DNA of 64,000 nucleotides from Eledone cirrhosa (Eukaryota): contig OZ024754.1 in assembly GCA_964016885.1 (NCBI GenBank), forward strand, positions 13,826,001 to 13,890,000, in the 5' to 3' direction. Shown here in pieces: positions 43,580 to 57,248 of the stretch. Position 1 is the first letter of the stretch; the number at the start of each line of letters is the position of its first letter. The position numbers and the translations under genes were made by a program. The notes below the pieces were generated by a model that was not told where the DNA came from, did not search any database, and worked only from the letters and a program-made list of their open reading frames with translations.

Positions 43580-44650
43580 ATATAAAACAGTTATGTATAC
43601 TAACTATATAACAGTTTAAACCATTAACAGTAAAAACAGTTATGTATAGTAACTAAATAACAGTTTAAACTATTAACAGTAAAAACAGTTATGTATAGTA
43701 ACTAAATAACAGTTTAAACCATTAACAGTAAAAACAGTTATGTATAGTAACTAAATAACAGTTTAAACCATTAACAGTAAAAACAGTTATGTATAGTAAC
43801 TAAATAACAGTAAACCATTAACAGTAAAAACAGTTATGTATAGTAACTAAATAACAGTTTAAACCATTAACAGTAAAAACAGTTATGTATAGTAACTAAA
43901 TAACAGTTTAAACCATTAACAGTAAAAACAGTTTAAACCATTAACAGTAAAACAGTTATGTATAGTAACTATATAACAGTTTAAACCATTAACGGTAAAA
44001 ACAGTTATGTATAGTAACTAAATAACAGTTTAAACCATTAACAGTAAAAACAGTTATGTATAGTAACTAAATAACAGTAAACCATTAACAGTAAAAACAG
44101 TTATGTATAGTAACTAAATAACAGTTTAAACCATTAACAGTAAAAACAGTTTAAACCATTAACAGTAAAACAGTTATGTATAGTAACTAAATAACAGTTT
44201 AAACCATTAACAGTAAAAACAGTTATGTATAGTAACTAAATAACAGTAAACCATTAACAGTAAAAACAGTTATGTATAGTAACTAAATAACAGTTTAAAC
44301 CATTAACAGTAAAAACAGTTATGTATAGTAACTAAATAACAGTTTAAACCATTAACAGTAAAAACAGTTTAAACCATTAACAGTAAAACAGTTATGTATA
44401 GTAACTATATAACAGTTTAAACCATTAACGGTAAAAACAGTTATGTATAGTAACTAAATAACAGTTTAAACCATTAACAGTAAAAACAGTTCTGTATAGT
44501 AACTAAATAACAGTTTAAACCATTAACAGTAAAAACAGTTATATATAGTAACTATATAACAGTTTAAATTATTAACAGTAAAAACAGTTCTGTATAGTAA
44601 CTATATAACAGTTTAAATTTTTTACCGTGAAAACAGTTATATATAGTAAC
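43580..44650. repeat. 49-bp AT-rich minisatellite with partial units
   Basis: unit aaaacagttatgtatagtaactaaataacagtttaaaccattaacagta. Confidence 0.95.
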
Positions 44651-44886
44651 TATTTTGTACTAGATCTACCAACTCATAATATTATAATATAAAATTAAAT
44701 CAAATTGTTTAGAACTACAAGTGAAGTCATTCCTTTACTTTTTTTCAAATATACCTAAGTGTACCAAGGATTTCACACATTTTCCAATATATATAATATA
44801 TATATATTGGAATATATATATATATAATGCTGTTTGTTGATGTTAAACATTGTTATTAATGTTAAATTCTCTTAAATATATGTTTA

Positions 44887-44960
<74 letters not shown>

Positions 44961-46072
44961 GTTTATATGAGAATTTCTGGAACTCTGTGACCAATATAGA
45001 TGCTATCTAAATAGAAAGATTCCATCTGTGCTTTCAGTTCAGTAGAATTTTCTTGGTGAAATTAACTTCTTAATCACAGACTGCTGTTAGTGGGTAGATA
45101 GATGGGTGGGTGGATAGCTGAGGGATATGTGGTGGAGGATATAAAGGAGATGGAGGAAGGAGTAGGGGGGTAGGAAGGGGAGGAGGAGGAGGGGGAGGAG
45201 ATTTCTGATAATAGAGTTGTAATAAATGTGATAATAAGGAATATGGTGGATTGAAAAAAAAAAAAGAAAAATTTGACAATAAACCTACTGTGTTTATTTA
45301 GTGTGTGGGTGGTTGCTATATATGAGTGATTGTGTACATGCTCATAAGTATATGAATGGGGGTATATATGTGTGTATATATATATGTATATATATATACA
45401 TACACACATATATGTGTATATCTATCTATATATATACATACACATATATATGTGTGTATATCTATCTATATATACATACACACATATATATATGTGTGTA
45501 TGATATACAGACATATATATGTATGATATCTCTCTGTCTGTCTGTCTGTGTGTGTGTGTGTGCGTGATTCCAGAGTGAGTCTGTGGAGTTAGGTAGGTAG
45601 CAGTGTGTGTGTGTGTATGTGTATGTGTGTGTAAGAAAGAATGTGTGAATGTGTACAATCACAGACATTCTTTCCATGTGGGTTGATACAAGTAGATGTA
45701 TTGGTGGCATGACATCATTCTCACTCTCTACACCCTAATTATATCATCATTTACATTTACATCATGGCTGTGTGGTTAAGAGGTTTCTTTTGCAATCACA
45801 CTGTCCCAGGTTCAATCTCACTAGATGACACCCTGGGAAAATGTTGTTTACTAGAAACTCGGCTTCATCAAAGCCTTGTCAGTGAAATTTGAGTCTATGG
45901 GAACTGTGAGGAATTCTACTGCATTGACTACCTTTACTTCAGTGTCCTGCTGAATCTCCCTGAGAATTACAGTCAGGCTATATGTATTTATGGAATACTC
46001 AGCCACTAATACCCCAAGTGTGTAGTTCTGTTGATACAACAACAGAGTGGCCACTATCAAAACTGACTGAGA

Positions 46073-46397
46073 AGTGGATTGGCAGTATCGGTAGAGGGTC
46101 GGACGCCATGCTTTCCAGCATAGTTACGTCCCTTTACGATCTGAGTTCAAATCCCGCCGAGGTTGACTTTGCCTTTCATCCTTACGGGGTCGATAAAATA
46201 AAGTACCAGTAATACATTGGGTAATTGCTGGCCTTGTGCCTAACGTAGAAACAATTATGTTTGTATCCCCTTTACGGTTTGAGTTCAAATCCCACCGAGG
46301 TTAACTTTGCCTTTCATCCTTACAGGGTCAATAAAATAAAGTACCAGTAATGCACTGGGGTAATTAGTGGCCTTGTGCCAAAAGTAGAAACAATTAT
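46073..46397 (+). mobile_element. Two family B SINE copies (one 5'-truncated)
   Basis: Same B-box and core block as other family B copies. Confidence 0.75.
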
Positions 46398-46462
46398 GTT
46401 TGAATGTATAATACAGGTATATTATAACAAATATAAGGTATAATACAGGTATATAAGAGGGA

Positions 46463-47208
46463 TCAGATGTTGTTTACTCGAGAGAAGGCTACGTTGGTAT
46501 GGTCACGTGATGCGCATGAAAGACGACAGCTGTATAACAAAGTGCAAGGCAATAAAGATAGACGGTAGCCACGGAGTAGGCAGACCCAGAAAAACCTGGG
46601 ACGAGCTGATAAATTCCGACCTCGCACACTTACCCCTCTCCAAGACAATGTCACTGGACAGAGACCTTTGGCGGTACTCAGTAATAGAGAAGACCCGCCT
46701 TACCTAAATACAAAGTAAAACCTACTACAGTCAGTAGGCATCTCAAACAAAATACACCCTCGTCCCACCACCGCCACCCCATCCACACCGCCCCTTTCAA
46801 TGTAAAGTTATGTTAGTGCCACAGCATCCAGGCCGAAACAAATGAGATCGTGTAGGTGTCACGACAAAAAACACACAGTCCACGTTGTAATGTGGCCGTG
46901 TAGGTAACACGGTAAAAACCTCCCAGCCCCACACTGTAAATGTGGTTGGTGTTAGGAAGGGCATCCAGCTGTAGAAAACCCGCCAGACAGTCCACGCTGT
47001 AATGTGGCCGTGTAGGCAACACGGTAAAAACCTCCCAGCCCCACACTGTAAATGTGGTTGGTGTTAGGAAGGGCATCCAGCTGTAGAAAACCCGCCAGAC
47101 AGTCCTATGCGAGCAAGACAATCACTCTTGCCTCAAGTGGGAAAACCCCCGTCCAAACCCATGCAAGCGTGGAACACGGACATTAAAGGTTGATGATGAT
47201 GATGATGA
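46463..47208 (+). mobile_element. RTE LINE 3' end (ORF end plus long 3' UTR, (GAT)n tail)
   Basis: RLRWYGHVMRMKDD...GRPRKTWDELI...DRDLWRYSVIEKTRLT*; 3' UTR contains gttggtgttaggaagggcatccagctgtagaaa, shared with family A SINE tails. UTR-only copies near 29830-30220, 54715-55168, 59188-59480, 60773-61160. Confidence 0.8.
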
Positions 47209-47787
47209 TTATAACAAATTTTTCAGTATAACAAACTTTTTTTTCCATTCCCCGGCCACACGCTGATGTGTTTCAGTTGATCTCGATCTCATTATAAAGA
47301 ATTTTTTTTGTTACAACAAATTTTTTTTTTATACCCTGGGAATTTCATTATAATGGAATTTCACTTTATAAGTGTATGCACGATATATTTGCATGTAAAA
47401 AAGCCATTTGACTGTTTGGTATGTGGGTTTGTGGAAGGCACGATGAAGGATCACAATTTGGACGTCAACTTCGTTCAAGTAAAGTACTATATGACAACTC
47501 AAACAGTGTAGATCTCCTGAATAACAACACTGGAGAATTCTTCAGAGTTATATCTATAATATGGGTGTGTATATATATAAATGAATGTTTCACATGTTTG
47601 GATCTATGAGTGTATATATATAATATAGGTGTGTGTATAATATGTTTGTATATGCAAGCATGGAACAACAGATGCGAAATGATGATGTATAATGTTTGTA
47701 TGTATAACATGCTTCTATATATATATATGTTTGTATGTATTATATGTTTCTATATAGGTTTGTATGTATAATATGGGTGTATGTATA

Positions 47788-47825
<38 letters not shown>

Positions 47826-48287
47826 ATGTATAATGTTTGTGTATATAATATGCATGTATGTATGATGAGGATGTATTTATACTTTTGTATGTATATGCTT
47901 TTATGTATGAGCATATGTATAATAGGAGTATGTATAATATTTATAATGAGGATATGTGTACACAGGTTGCTCTAAATATATGTTATTTCACACCAAGTCA
48001 GACCTGACTGTCAATGAAAGGCAAATATGGCCCATTGTGTCCTTGAGCAAGACACTTTATTTCACATTGTTCCAGTCCACTCAGCTGGTAAAACTGAGTT
48101 GTAACTCTAACTCAAAGAGCCAGCCTTGTCACATTATGTGTCATGCTGAATCTCCCTGAGAACTATGTTAATGATACATGTGTTTGTGGAATGCTCAGGC
48201 ACTTGCCCGTTCATTTTACGAGCAGGTTGTTCTGTTGATTGTATCAACTGGAACAATCATCGTCGTAACCGGCGGAGTACCAGGCAA

Positions 48288-48504
48288 CCCTTTACCATTT
48301 ACATTACTCTATATTTACTATTATATTCTCACGGTAAAGGCTTTATCTCAATTATCTCACATAATATCGAATCTACGAGATTTTGATGTCATTTATTTTG
48401 AGAACAATACCTTAACATCAGTATGAGCAGCCGGTTGCAGCCGGTTTGAAGAAAAAGAGGTGAGAGAATTCTGGCCGGATTTGGCCGGTTTAAATGCTAA
48501 AGGG
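48288..48504 (+). mobile_element. piggyBac-like MITE
   Basis: CCCTTTACC...AAAGGG|TTAA; homologous to 13779-14000. Confidence 0.75.
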
Positions 48505-48913
48505 TTAAATTACAACTCCATAAACCCCCACAAAATATATTCATTTCTTAGATAGGAAACAGGTGATTGTAATTAATCCACTGTGGAAATTCCTCCAACG
48601 CCACAAAATATTTCTTAAAATGTTAGACATGTCTGTTATTTCCTCCCACTCCCACACTGTTTCCTCTTTAATCATAAGATACTTTCCGATACAACTTCAC
48701 ATCTTGGAAGACAAGGAAGAACAGAAAAGAAATATCAGAAATCTGAATAAACGCCTGTATCCGGTTTAGAATAGGTTCACTGCATCTCTGTGTATTGGAG
48801 AAAAGTAACTAGAAGAGTTACTGCCAGGAATATATTGCTTCAAACAGTCCTGTCCAACACATGTCAGCATGACATGTGTTGTCATGTGTTGTAGAGGAGG
48901 AGAGGGGAGGAGG

Positions 48914-49100
48914 AGAAGAAGAAGAAGAAGAAAAAGAAAAAGAAGAAAAAGAAGAAAAAGAAGAAGAAAAAGAAGAAAAAGAAGAAAAAGAAGAAAAAGA
49001 AGAAAAAGAAAAAGAAAAAGAAAAAGAAGAAAAAGAAGAAGAAAAAGAAGAAGAAAAAGAAGAAAAAGAAGAAGAAGAAGGAGAAGAAGAAGGAGGAAGA
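48914..49100. repeat. (GAA/GAAAAA)n purine microsatellite
   Basis: Direct inspection. Confidence 0.95.
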
Positions 49101-50279
49101 GGAAAGGAAAGGTGAGATGTGATCAAGGAAACATTGACCAGAACTCCTAGCAGAAGGTGAAATGGGAAACAAAGTATTTGAGCTCAAGAACACAACATAC
49201 CTCCTTGTCCAGAGATTGACCCCATGGCTTTATGATTGAGTCTAACACCCTAACTACCTAGGCCAAATATAGAAAGCTATATGAAAATCTCAGTATTTCT
49301 AAACACACCAAATCATACAATCTTACATGGAGTGGACAGGTTTATAGTGTTACCACTTGACCATTAACAGTCTCAAGTCTGTATCAAGCCCGGGGGCTCA
49401 TCAGGCCAGTGCTTATTCTGGTTTCCATAGCGTTAAGCGACAGAGTACAATACTCTCCCCGGACAGGATGCCAGTCCATTGCAGAGTTAAAGCTCCACCT
49501 ACTGTTGGTAGCCAGTTTTAGCTGAGTATACTGGAGGAACATGAAATGAAGTGTTTTGCTCAAGAACACAACACACAACCCAGTCCAATAATCAAACCCA
49601 TCACATTATGATCGTAAGCCCAACACTCTTACCACAAAACCTCGCACCTTCAGTAACACACACACACTGACGAAAAACTACCCGGAGTGTGTGTGTGTGT
49701 GCGCGCACGTGCTTGTTGAGTGAAGAAGTGCCAAGTAATCCCAGTGGAAGGAAGCTGCAGTAGAGGAAGACCAAAGAAAACCTAGATGGAAGTGATGAGA
49801 GCTGGTCTCAGATCACTGAAGCTCAGAGAGGAGATGACACAGGAACATGACAAATGGAGAGATGCTGTACTGAGAAGGAGCTATCCAGCCCATGCAAGTG
49901 TGGAACAATGGACATATGATGATGATGATGATGATGATGAGAGAAAGTGTGTGTAAGTAAGATAGAGAGAGAGATGTGTGTGTATATACTGGAATTCCAC
50001 ACAGATTCCATGTGCCAAATTTCTTTCACATGGTTTTGGTCAACCCAAGGTTATCATCATCATCATTATCATCATCATCATTATTTAACATTCATGTATA
50101 CATATAGATATATGTGTGTATGTACATTTACATGTGTCTGAGTTGGGTTTCCATACAGATTCCATGTGCCAAATTTCACTCACATGGTTTCTGGTAAATC
50201 CAAGTCTATGTTAAAGACACATGAAATCAAGCTGACAATATATATATATATAAATCAAGCTGACAATATATATATATAT

Positions 50280-50617
50280 GGAGGCACATGGCTTAGTGGT
50301 TAGAGCATTGGCCTTGCAATCAAAAGGTTGTGAGTTCAATTCTCAGACCAGGTGATGTGTTGTTTCCTTGAGCAAGACACTTTATTTCACATTGCTCCAG
50401 TTTACTCAGCTGTAGAAATGAGATGATAGGGACCCCAGTCCCTATCATTCCACTGTAAAGTGGTCGTGGAGGTGCCACGGCAAAAAAGCACCCAGCACTC
50501 ACTGTAAATGAGGTTGATGTTAGGAAGGGCATCCAGCTGTAGAAATCAAGCCAAAATCAGTTCCCGTCCCACCCTTGCAAGCAGGGAAAAGCGGACATAT
50601 GATGATGATGATGATGA
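50280..50617 (+). mobile_element. Family A SINE
   Basis: A/B boxes, core, (GAT)n tail. Confidence 0.85.
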
Positions 50618-50631
50618 TATATATATATATC

Positions 50632-51000
50632 AACATCATCGTCGTTTACGTCCCTTCTTCCACGCTAGCATGGGTTAGACGGGTTGTCCTGTTGTGGGCA
50701 GTGTCCTGTTGGCTGATCTTGTGTTGCTCATACGGGAACTGATTCTGGCTTGATTTCTACAGCTGGATGCCCTTCCTAACACCAACCTCATTTACAGTGT
50801 GGGCTGGGTGCTTTTTTTTCTGTGGCACCTCCACAACCACTTTGCAGTGGAATGATAGGGACTCCAGTCCTATCATCTCATTTTTACAGCTAAGTAAACT
50901 GGAGCAATGTGAAATAAAGTGTCTTGCTCAAGGAAACATCATCACCCGGTCTGAGAATTGAACTCACAACCTTTCGATTGCAAGCCCAATGCTCTAACCA
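50632..51000 (-). mobile_element. Family A SINE (head slightly truncated), tail-to-tail with the previous copy
   Basis: Reverse complement of the family A consensus. Confidence 0.85.
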
Positions 51001-53292
51001 TATATATATATATAGATACAGTACGAAGGTAACCAAGTGTAAATGTATATGTATATATTTGTTTACAAACACACCGAGCATTATAATAAATGTTCGGTGA
51101 ATCCATACGTACATATATATATGTGTGCATGTATATATATATACACATACAACTGTACGTCTGTATACATATATCTATGTGTACATACTTATATTTAAGT
51201 AACAGCCGTACTAAGAGTGGGAAATGAAATTTTGTTTCATTTTTTCCGTTTATATATATATATATATACAGTACAAAGGCAACCAAGACTGTAAATGTGT
51301 ATATATATATATATGTATATATATATACAGTACAAAGGTAGCCAAGACTGTAAATATATATATTAAATTTACATATTGAGTATGTGTACATGTAGACATG
51401 TAAAATTTATTTCCCTGTAAATATTCTTAATCAATTTTCGAACCTTATTGGCTTCGCATCAGAAGACATGTACGGCTTTGAAATGAACTTTTTAACCACT
51501 CAGCCACGCCTGTAACCATGGCTAGTGTCAAGATTTTACTGAAATCTGACACAGTTCCACACTGGAACATCTGGTAACGCTGCACTTTAAATCCAGCTGT
51601 GTATTTCCTCAGGGTTATTTATGTGTATTACATATGTTTATATAGAATGTGTGTGTGTGTGTGACTGTGTGTGTCTGTGTGTGCGTGAGAGAGGGACTGT
51701 GTGAGATATGGTATGTGTGTGTGTGTGCATGAGAATGAGTGCATGTGAAAGACCGTGTAGGCATGAGTATGTGTGAAACTGAATGTGCGTGAGTGACTGT
51801 GTGAATGTGAGAGACTGTGAGTGTGAGAGAGTGTGCGTGTGTGAGTATGAGAGATGGAGTGTGTGTGTGTGTGAGATGGAGTGTGTGTGAGATGGAGTGT
51901 GTGTGTGTGTGTGAGATGGAGTGTGTGTGAGTATGAGAGATGGAGTGTGTGTGTGTGAGTATGAGAGATGGAGTGTGTGTGTGTGAGTATGAGAGATGGA
52001 GTGTGTGTGTGTGAGTATGAGAGATGGAGTGTGTGTGTGTGTGAGATAGTGTTTGTGAGAGTGTGTGAGAGTGTGTGTGTGAGTATGAGACTGAGTGAGT
52101 GTGTGTGTGACTATGTGTGTGTATGTAGACTTCTATATGTATGTAATTCTCCAACAAAGAATATGTATGTGTGAAGAGGTGAAGATTACATGGTCACTCA
52201 ACTTGCAAGAAATAGCAGCCAAATCTCCCTGAAAACACACCATACAATCTTAAGGAAAGAATACATTTGATAATTGTAGGCCAAGGCATACGTCTAAAAA
52301 GAGTGGGATGGTCATGGTTGGAATGTTTTTGATTATAAGTCAACATGATCAAGGTTAAGCTGGCAATAAGCCGTTTCAAACCATCCATCACAATCTTGAG
52401 CTGCTAGAAATAGCAACCAAGTCTTCCTCAAATCCCACCCACCATCTTAGAAAAGAACGTTGAATAATATAACCCTGGATTTCCTGCACATAAGACAGAA
52501 TGGTCACTTCCGGAAGGCCTGTGATCATGTGATCACACATCTACTCAATAAGAGCTGACCTTGGGCTAAACAACAGCAATAACTTTCACCAGCAGAAGAA
52601 TCACCATATGCACACCACCATAAAAGACCACATCCATCAGAAGAGCTGTCAAGACCCCCCCCACCATAGACACCATCACCACCACCACCACCACCACTCC
52701 AACTGCCGGCACCACAACCACCCCAACTACCACCACTAGTCATCACCACCACTACCACAACTACCATCACAACAGTCACAACAACCACCACCACCACCAC
52801 CACCACATCCACTACCACCACCACAATCCCCACCGCCACCACCACCACCATAACCACCACAACCACCACCCCCACCACCACCACCTCATCCCCCCCACAC
52901 ACACACCACCACCACCACCACATCCACCATCACAACTACCACCACCACCACCACCACAATCCCCCCACCACCACCACCATCACCATCACAACTACCCCCC
53001 CCCCCCCCCATCACAACTACCACCACCGCCACCACCAGTGACACAGATATAAAACAAGTTTTAACAACATTTACATCATTACAAAACACAAACCTTACCA
53101 AAAGAGACTCTTTACAATTACTCTTGCTTTCTTTCTTTTGTTTTATTTTATTTCAAGTTTGTAGTTTTATATACAGGGGGGTGGGAGGGGGGGGGGATTT
53201 CAGAATAAACATTAATAACTTCCTCTCTCTCTCTCTCTTTATTTCTATCTCTCTCACCTCTCATTTCCTCCCTCACTGTATTCATATATATA

Positions 53293-53370
53293 CTGGGTGT
53301 CCCCCAAAAAATGTATTCACACTTCAACAGCTTTCTAATCAAAATGTGTATACATTTTTGGGACACCCTA
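53293..53370. mobile_element. Tiny Tc1/mariner-like MITE
   Basis: TIRs ctgggtgtcccccaaaaaatgtattcac / gtgtatacatttttgggacaccct flanked by TA. Confidence 0.65.
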
Positions 53371-53440
53371 TATATCTGTGTGAGTATGTGTGTGTGTGTG
53401 TATGTATGTGTATATATATATGTGTATGTGTGTATATGTA

Positions 53441-53489
<49 letters not shown>

Positions 53490-54006
53490 ATATATATGTG
53501 TATCATCATCACCGTTTTACGTCCGTTCTTCCACGCTAACATGGGTTAGACGGGTTGTCCTGTTGTGGGCAGTGTCTAGTTTGCTGACCATGCCTTGCTC
53601 ATACAGGAACTGATTCTGGCTTGATTTCTACAGCTGGATGCCCTTCCTAACACCAACCTCATTTACAGTGAGTGCTGGGTGCTTTTTCGTGGCGCCTACA
53701 CGTCCACTTTACAGTGTGGGCTGGGTGCTTTTTTGCCGTGGCACCTCCCCGACCACCTTGCAGTGGGAGGGTGTGGGGGCATATTGTCTATATGCTTCAG
53801 CTTGTACCCATGGGAGGTCGGGTACTCTGTATTACTGCGTGACGCCAGAGGTCACGGTCGTGTGTCATCGCCTTTGAGAGGTGTAATTGGGTAAGGTCGG
53901 CTTTTATAAGGTCGGTGTATATATATATATGTAAAAAGCAACAAAGCAAACAATGCAGTACAAGGAAGATATATATAGGTTAATGTTTGATAAATTATGA
54001 AAAGAG

Positions 54007-54043
54007 TCTTAACGTTTCGGACACTAGTCCTTCATCAGAAGAT
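54007..54043 (-). ncRNA. Minimal type-I hammerhead ribozyme motif (Penelope-like pLTR remnant)
   Basis: TCTT-CTGATGA-A-GGAC(TAGT)GTCC-GAA-ACGT-T-AAGA: full core, stem I TCTT/AAGA, stem II, palindromic stem III. Confidence 0.75.
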
Positions 54044-54374
54044 AGAAGGGAGAAATAAAAGAAGAAATAGAAAGATAAGAAAGGAGAGATGAGGAAGAAA
54101 TGGAAAAATAAACTTTCAGAGAAAAACCCAAACCATCTCATCTAACACATGCCATGATGATGATGGTGATACATATCATCATCATCATCATTTATACCTA
54201 TTATATACTGGCATGGGTTGGCTGGGCTGGAGAACCTTGCCTTACTCTTGTTTCAGTTTCAGCATGGTTTCTATAACTACATACCTTTCCTAATGCCTCA
54301 AACCATTCCATCCAACCCATGCCAGTACAGAAAAAGGGCCATAAAAAGATGATGATATATATATATACATATAT

Positions 54375-54710
54375 GGAGGCACATGGCTTAGTGGTTAGAG
54401 AATTGGCCTTGCAATCAAAAGGTTGTGAGTTCAATTCTCAGACCGGGCGATGTGTTGTTTCCTTGAGCAAGACACTTTATTTCACATTGCTCCAGTATAC
54501 TCAGCTGTAGAAATGAGATGATAGGGACTGAGGTCCCTATCATTCCACTGTAAAGTGGTCGTGTAGGCGCCACGGCAAAAAAGCACCCAGCACTCACTGT
54601 AAATGAGGTTGGTGTTAGGAAGGGCATCCAGCTGTAGAAATCAAGCCAGAATCAGTCCCCGTCCCACCCTTGCAAGCAGGGAAAAAGCGGACGTAAAATG
54701 AAATGAAATA
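54375..54710 (+). mobile_element. Family A SINE
   Basis: A/B boxes, core, RTE-like tail. Confidence 0.85.
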
Positions 54711-55567
54711 TATAAGACAATGTCACTGGATTGAGACTTTTGGCGCTACGCAGTAATACAGAAGACCCCAACTTCCCTTACGTAAAAAGTTAAACCTACA
54801 GTCAGTAGGCCCCTCTTAACCAAATATACACCCCACCCTACTACCCCTACTCCATCCTCCCACTTCCACCCACACCACCCTCACTCTGTAAAGTTATGTT
54901 GGTACCACAGAACATCCAGTCCACACTGTAAAGTGGTCGTGTAGGCGACACAACAAAAAGCACCCAGTCCACGCTGAAAAGTAGTCGTGTAGGAGTCACA
55001 GTGAAAAGGCTCCCAGTCCACACTGTAAATGTGGTTGGTGTTAGGAAGGGCATCCAGCCGTAAAAAACCTGTCAGATGCAGTCCTATACGAGCGAGACAC
55101 GGTCACCTGATCAATCTTACCTCAAGTGGGACAATCCCGTCTAGCGTGGAAGATGGACATTAAATGATATATATATATTGTAATCCACCTGGTTGTGGTG
55201 GGGCTGATAACTTTGTTAGAACTCAATATGCCCTTGAGGATGGCAGATTGAACAGGGTTTTGAGACTAGAAATAGGTAGTAACTTAACCATTACCATGCT
55301 GGTTGATATATTGATCTCCAGTGATCAATCAACCCTCTGAAACGATCGTAAAATGATGAACTAACTCTCTACCTACACCTGACTTCTGTTTTTTTTTATT
55401 ATTCTATGCACAAACACATATATGTATGTATGTATGTATATATATATATATGTATACACACGTCAACATACATACCTACATCAGCACACATCTCTACCCA
55501 CATATAAACACAATGACATACGTAAACACACATGCTCTATGGTGCAACACAAAAAAATATATGTGTA

Positions 55568-55599
<32 letters not shown>

Positions 55600-56111
55600 G
55601 TGAATATATGTATGTGTATATATATATAGTGAATATCATTTCACACCTTTTATTGTTAAGATTTTTGATGTTCTATTAAGAGAACCGATTTTACTGAAAA
55701 AAAAAAATCGAATAATGTACACCATTTTACCAGGGGGAAAAAAATACTGGTCCACCCACACACATACACATTCTCTCACACACACACACACACACACATA
55801 TATACACACACACATACATTAACATACAAAGAGACTTATACACACACACATACACTTCTCCGTATAAGACAAAAGCTGAAAAATATCTTTTGACATGCTA
55901 AAATACCCCCCATTGCTTACAGACACATTCTTACTGACCATCCCTGCTACCACCAATTACTCTGCTATATACACACACACACACACACACACACTTATCT
56001 TAATAGCCATTTGACACACATCTCTGCTAACCATTATCACAACATCAAACACCTTACTACTACTACTACACACACACACACATATTTGTTGTGAAAGAGT
56101 CATTTCTCAAT

Positions 56112-56356
56112 CTTGGCGCAAAACCAATTTTTTATTCACATGACCTCTACCGACCAATCAAAATTGTTTTGACCACAAGAATTTTTGCAAACACCAAGTA
56201 GCGCTGGAGCCACTTTTTTAACATAAAAACAGTCTTGGCGCAAAATCAATTTTTTACATTTACATGACCTCTACCGACCAATCAAAATTGTTTTGACCAC
56301 AAGAATTTTTGCAACACCAAAGTAGCGCTGGAGCCACTTTTTTAACATAAAAACAG
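56112..56356. repeat. Direct duplication of about 121 bp
   Basis: cttggcgcaaaa...cacttttttaacataaaaacag twice. Confidence 0.85.
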
Positions 56357-56596
56357 GTAGAGTTCCCAAAACTAATCAGATCAGAGCAAACAACACGGAC
56401 ACTCTATCTCAAAATTATTTTTGAAAAGCATTTAGAAATGCGCAACCGGTAAAAACTTAAACCACAACTGAATACTAACCCATACAATCACTCTTTTATT
56501 CCTAATTAAACCATTTTTCAACTGTGAACAATTTGTCAGCATTTTCTATTCCGTTTACCAATATATAATAACTTGTGTGTTACACCTCTATTCTTT

Positions 56597-56635
<39 letters not shown>

Positions 56636-56638
<3 letters not shown>

Positions 56639-57198
56639 GAGTCACTCTTGAGTGCTACTGGTAACATGTAACCCAGTACAACCTGTCGGGTTGTCGGCGA
56701 CTAAACCAGCAACCCCACCAAGTTTACTCGGTGAGGAGGGTGATTTTGGACACCCTGTAGGACAAAAAACAAAACCTGACAAAGGGCGGAAGAACTCATA
56801 AGGGTCAACGGCCATCCAAAAGTGTGAAAATATGTATATACACATGTACATATGTGTGTATATGTGAGGGGACATAGAAATAGTCGGGCTGGACACCCGA
56901 CTGTGCAATTAAACCTTGGGAGTGAATGACTCCTAGCCTTTGTCAGGGCATTCTTCTAAGAGAAAGCAACTCAGGAAACTGGGATAACTCCGATATAAAA
57001 CCTGCGGCTCAGTAGTTACCGATGATGTTGATCATTTTTTTCTTTTCGGGTTATAGCTACTGTCTCTCAGAAAGTGGGATTGGCTCAGTGCACAGTCTTT
57101 CCTCACTTTAAAAAATATCTTCACGCAGAGGCATTGCACGATAGAATTAATTAATAATGGTATATCGTGCAATGGCCATACTCGATAACGAGGGGGCA

Positions 57199-57205
<7 letters not shown>
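56636..57205 (+). mobile_element. Interspersed non-coding repeat in (TA)n, possibly non-autonomous RTE-derived
   Basis: Partial diverged reverse copy at about 58339-58475; class inferred from the 3' end only. Confidence 0.4.

Positions 57206-57248
<43 letters not shown>

Noticed and set aside
48818-49193. Protamine-like Arg/Lys and poly-Glu ORFs
   Set aside because: GAA/GAAAAA microsatellite
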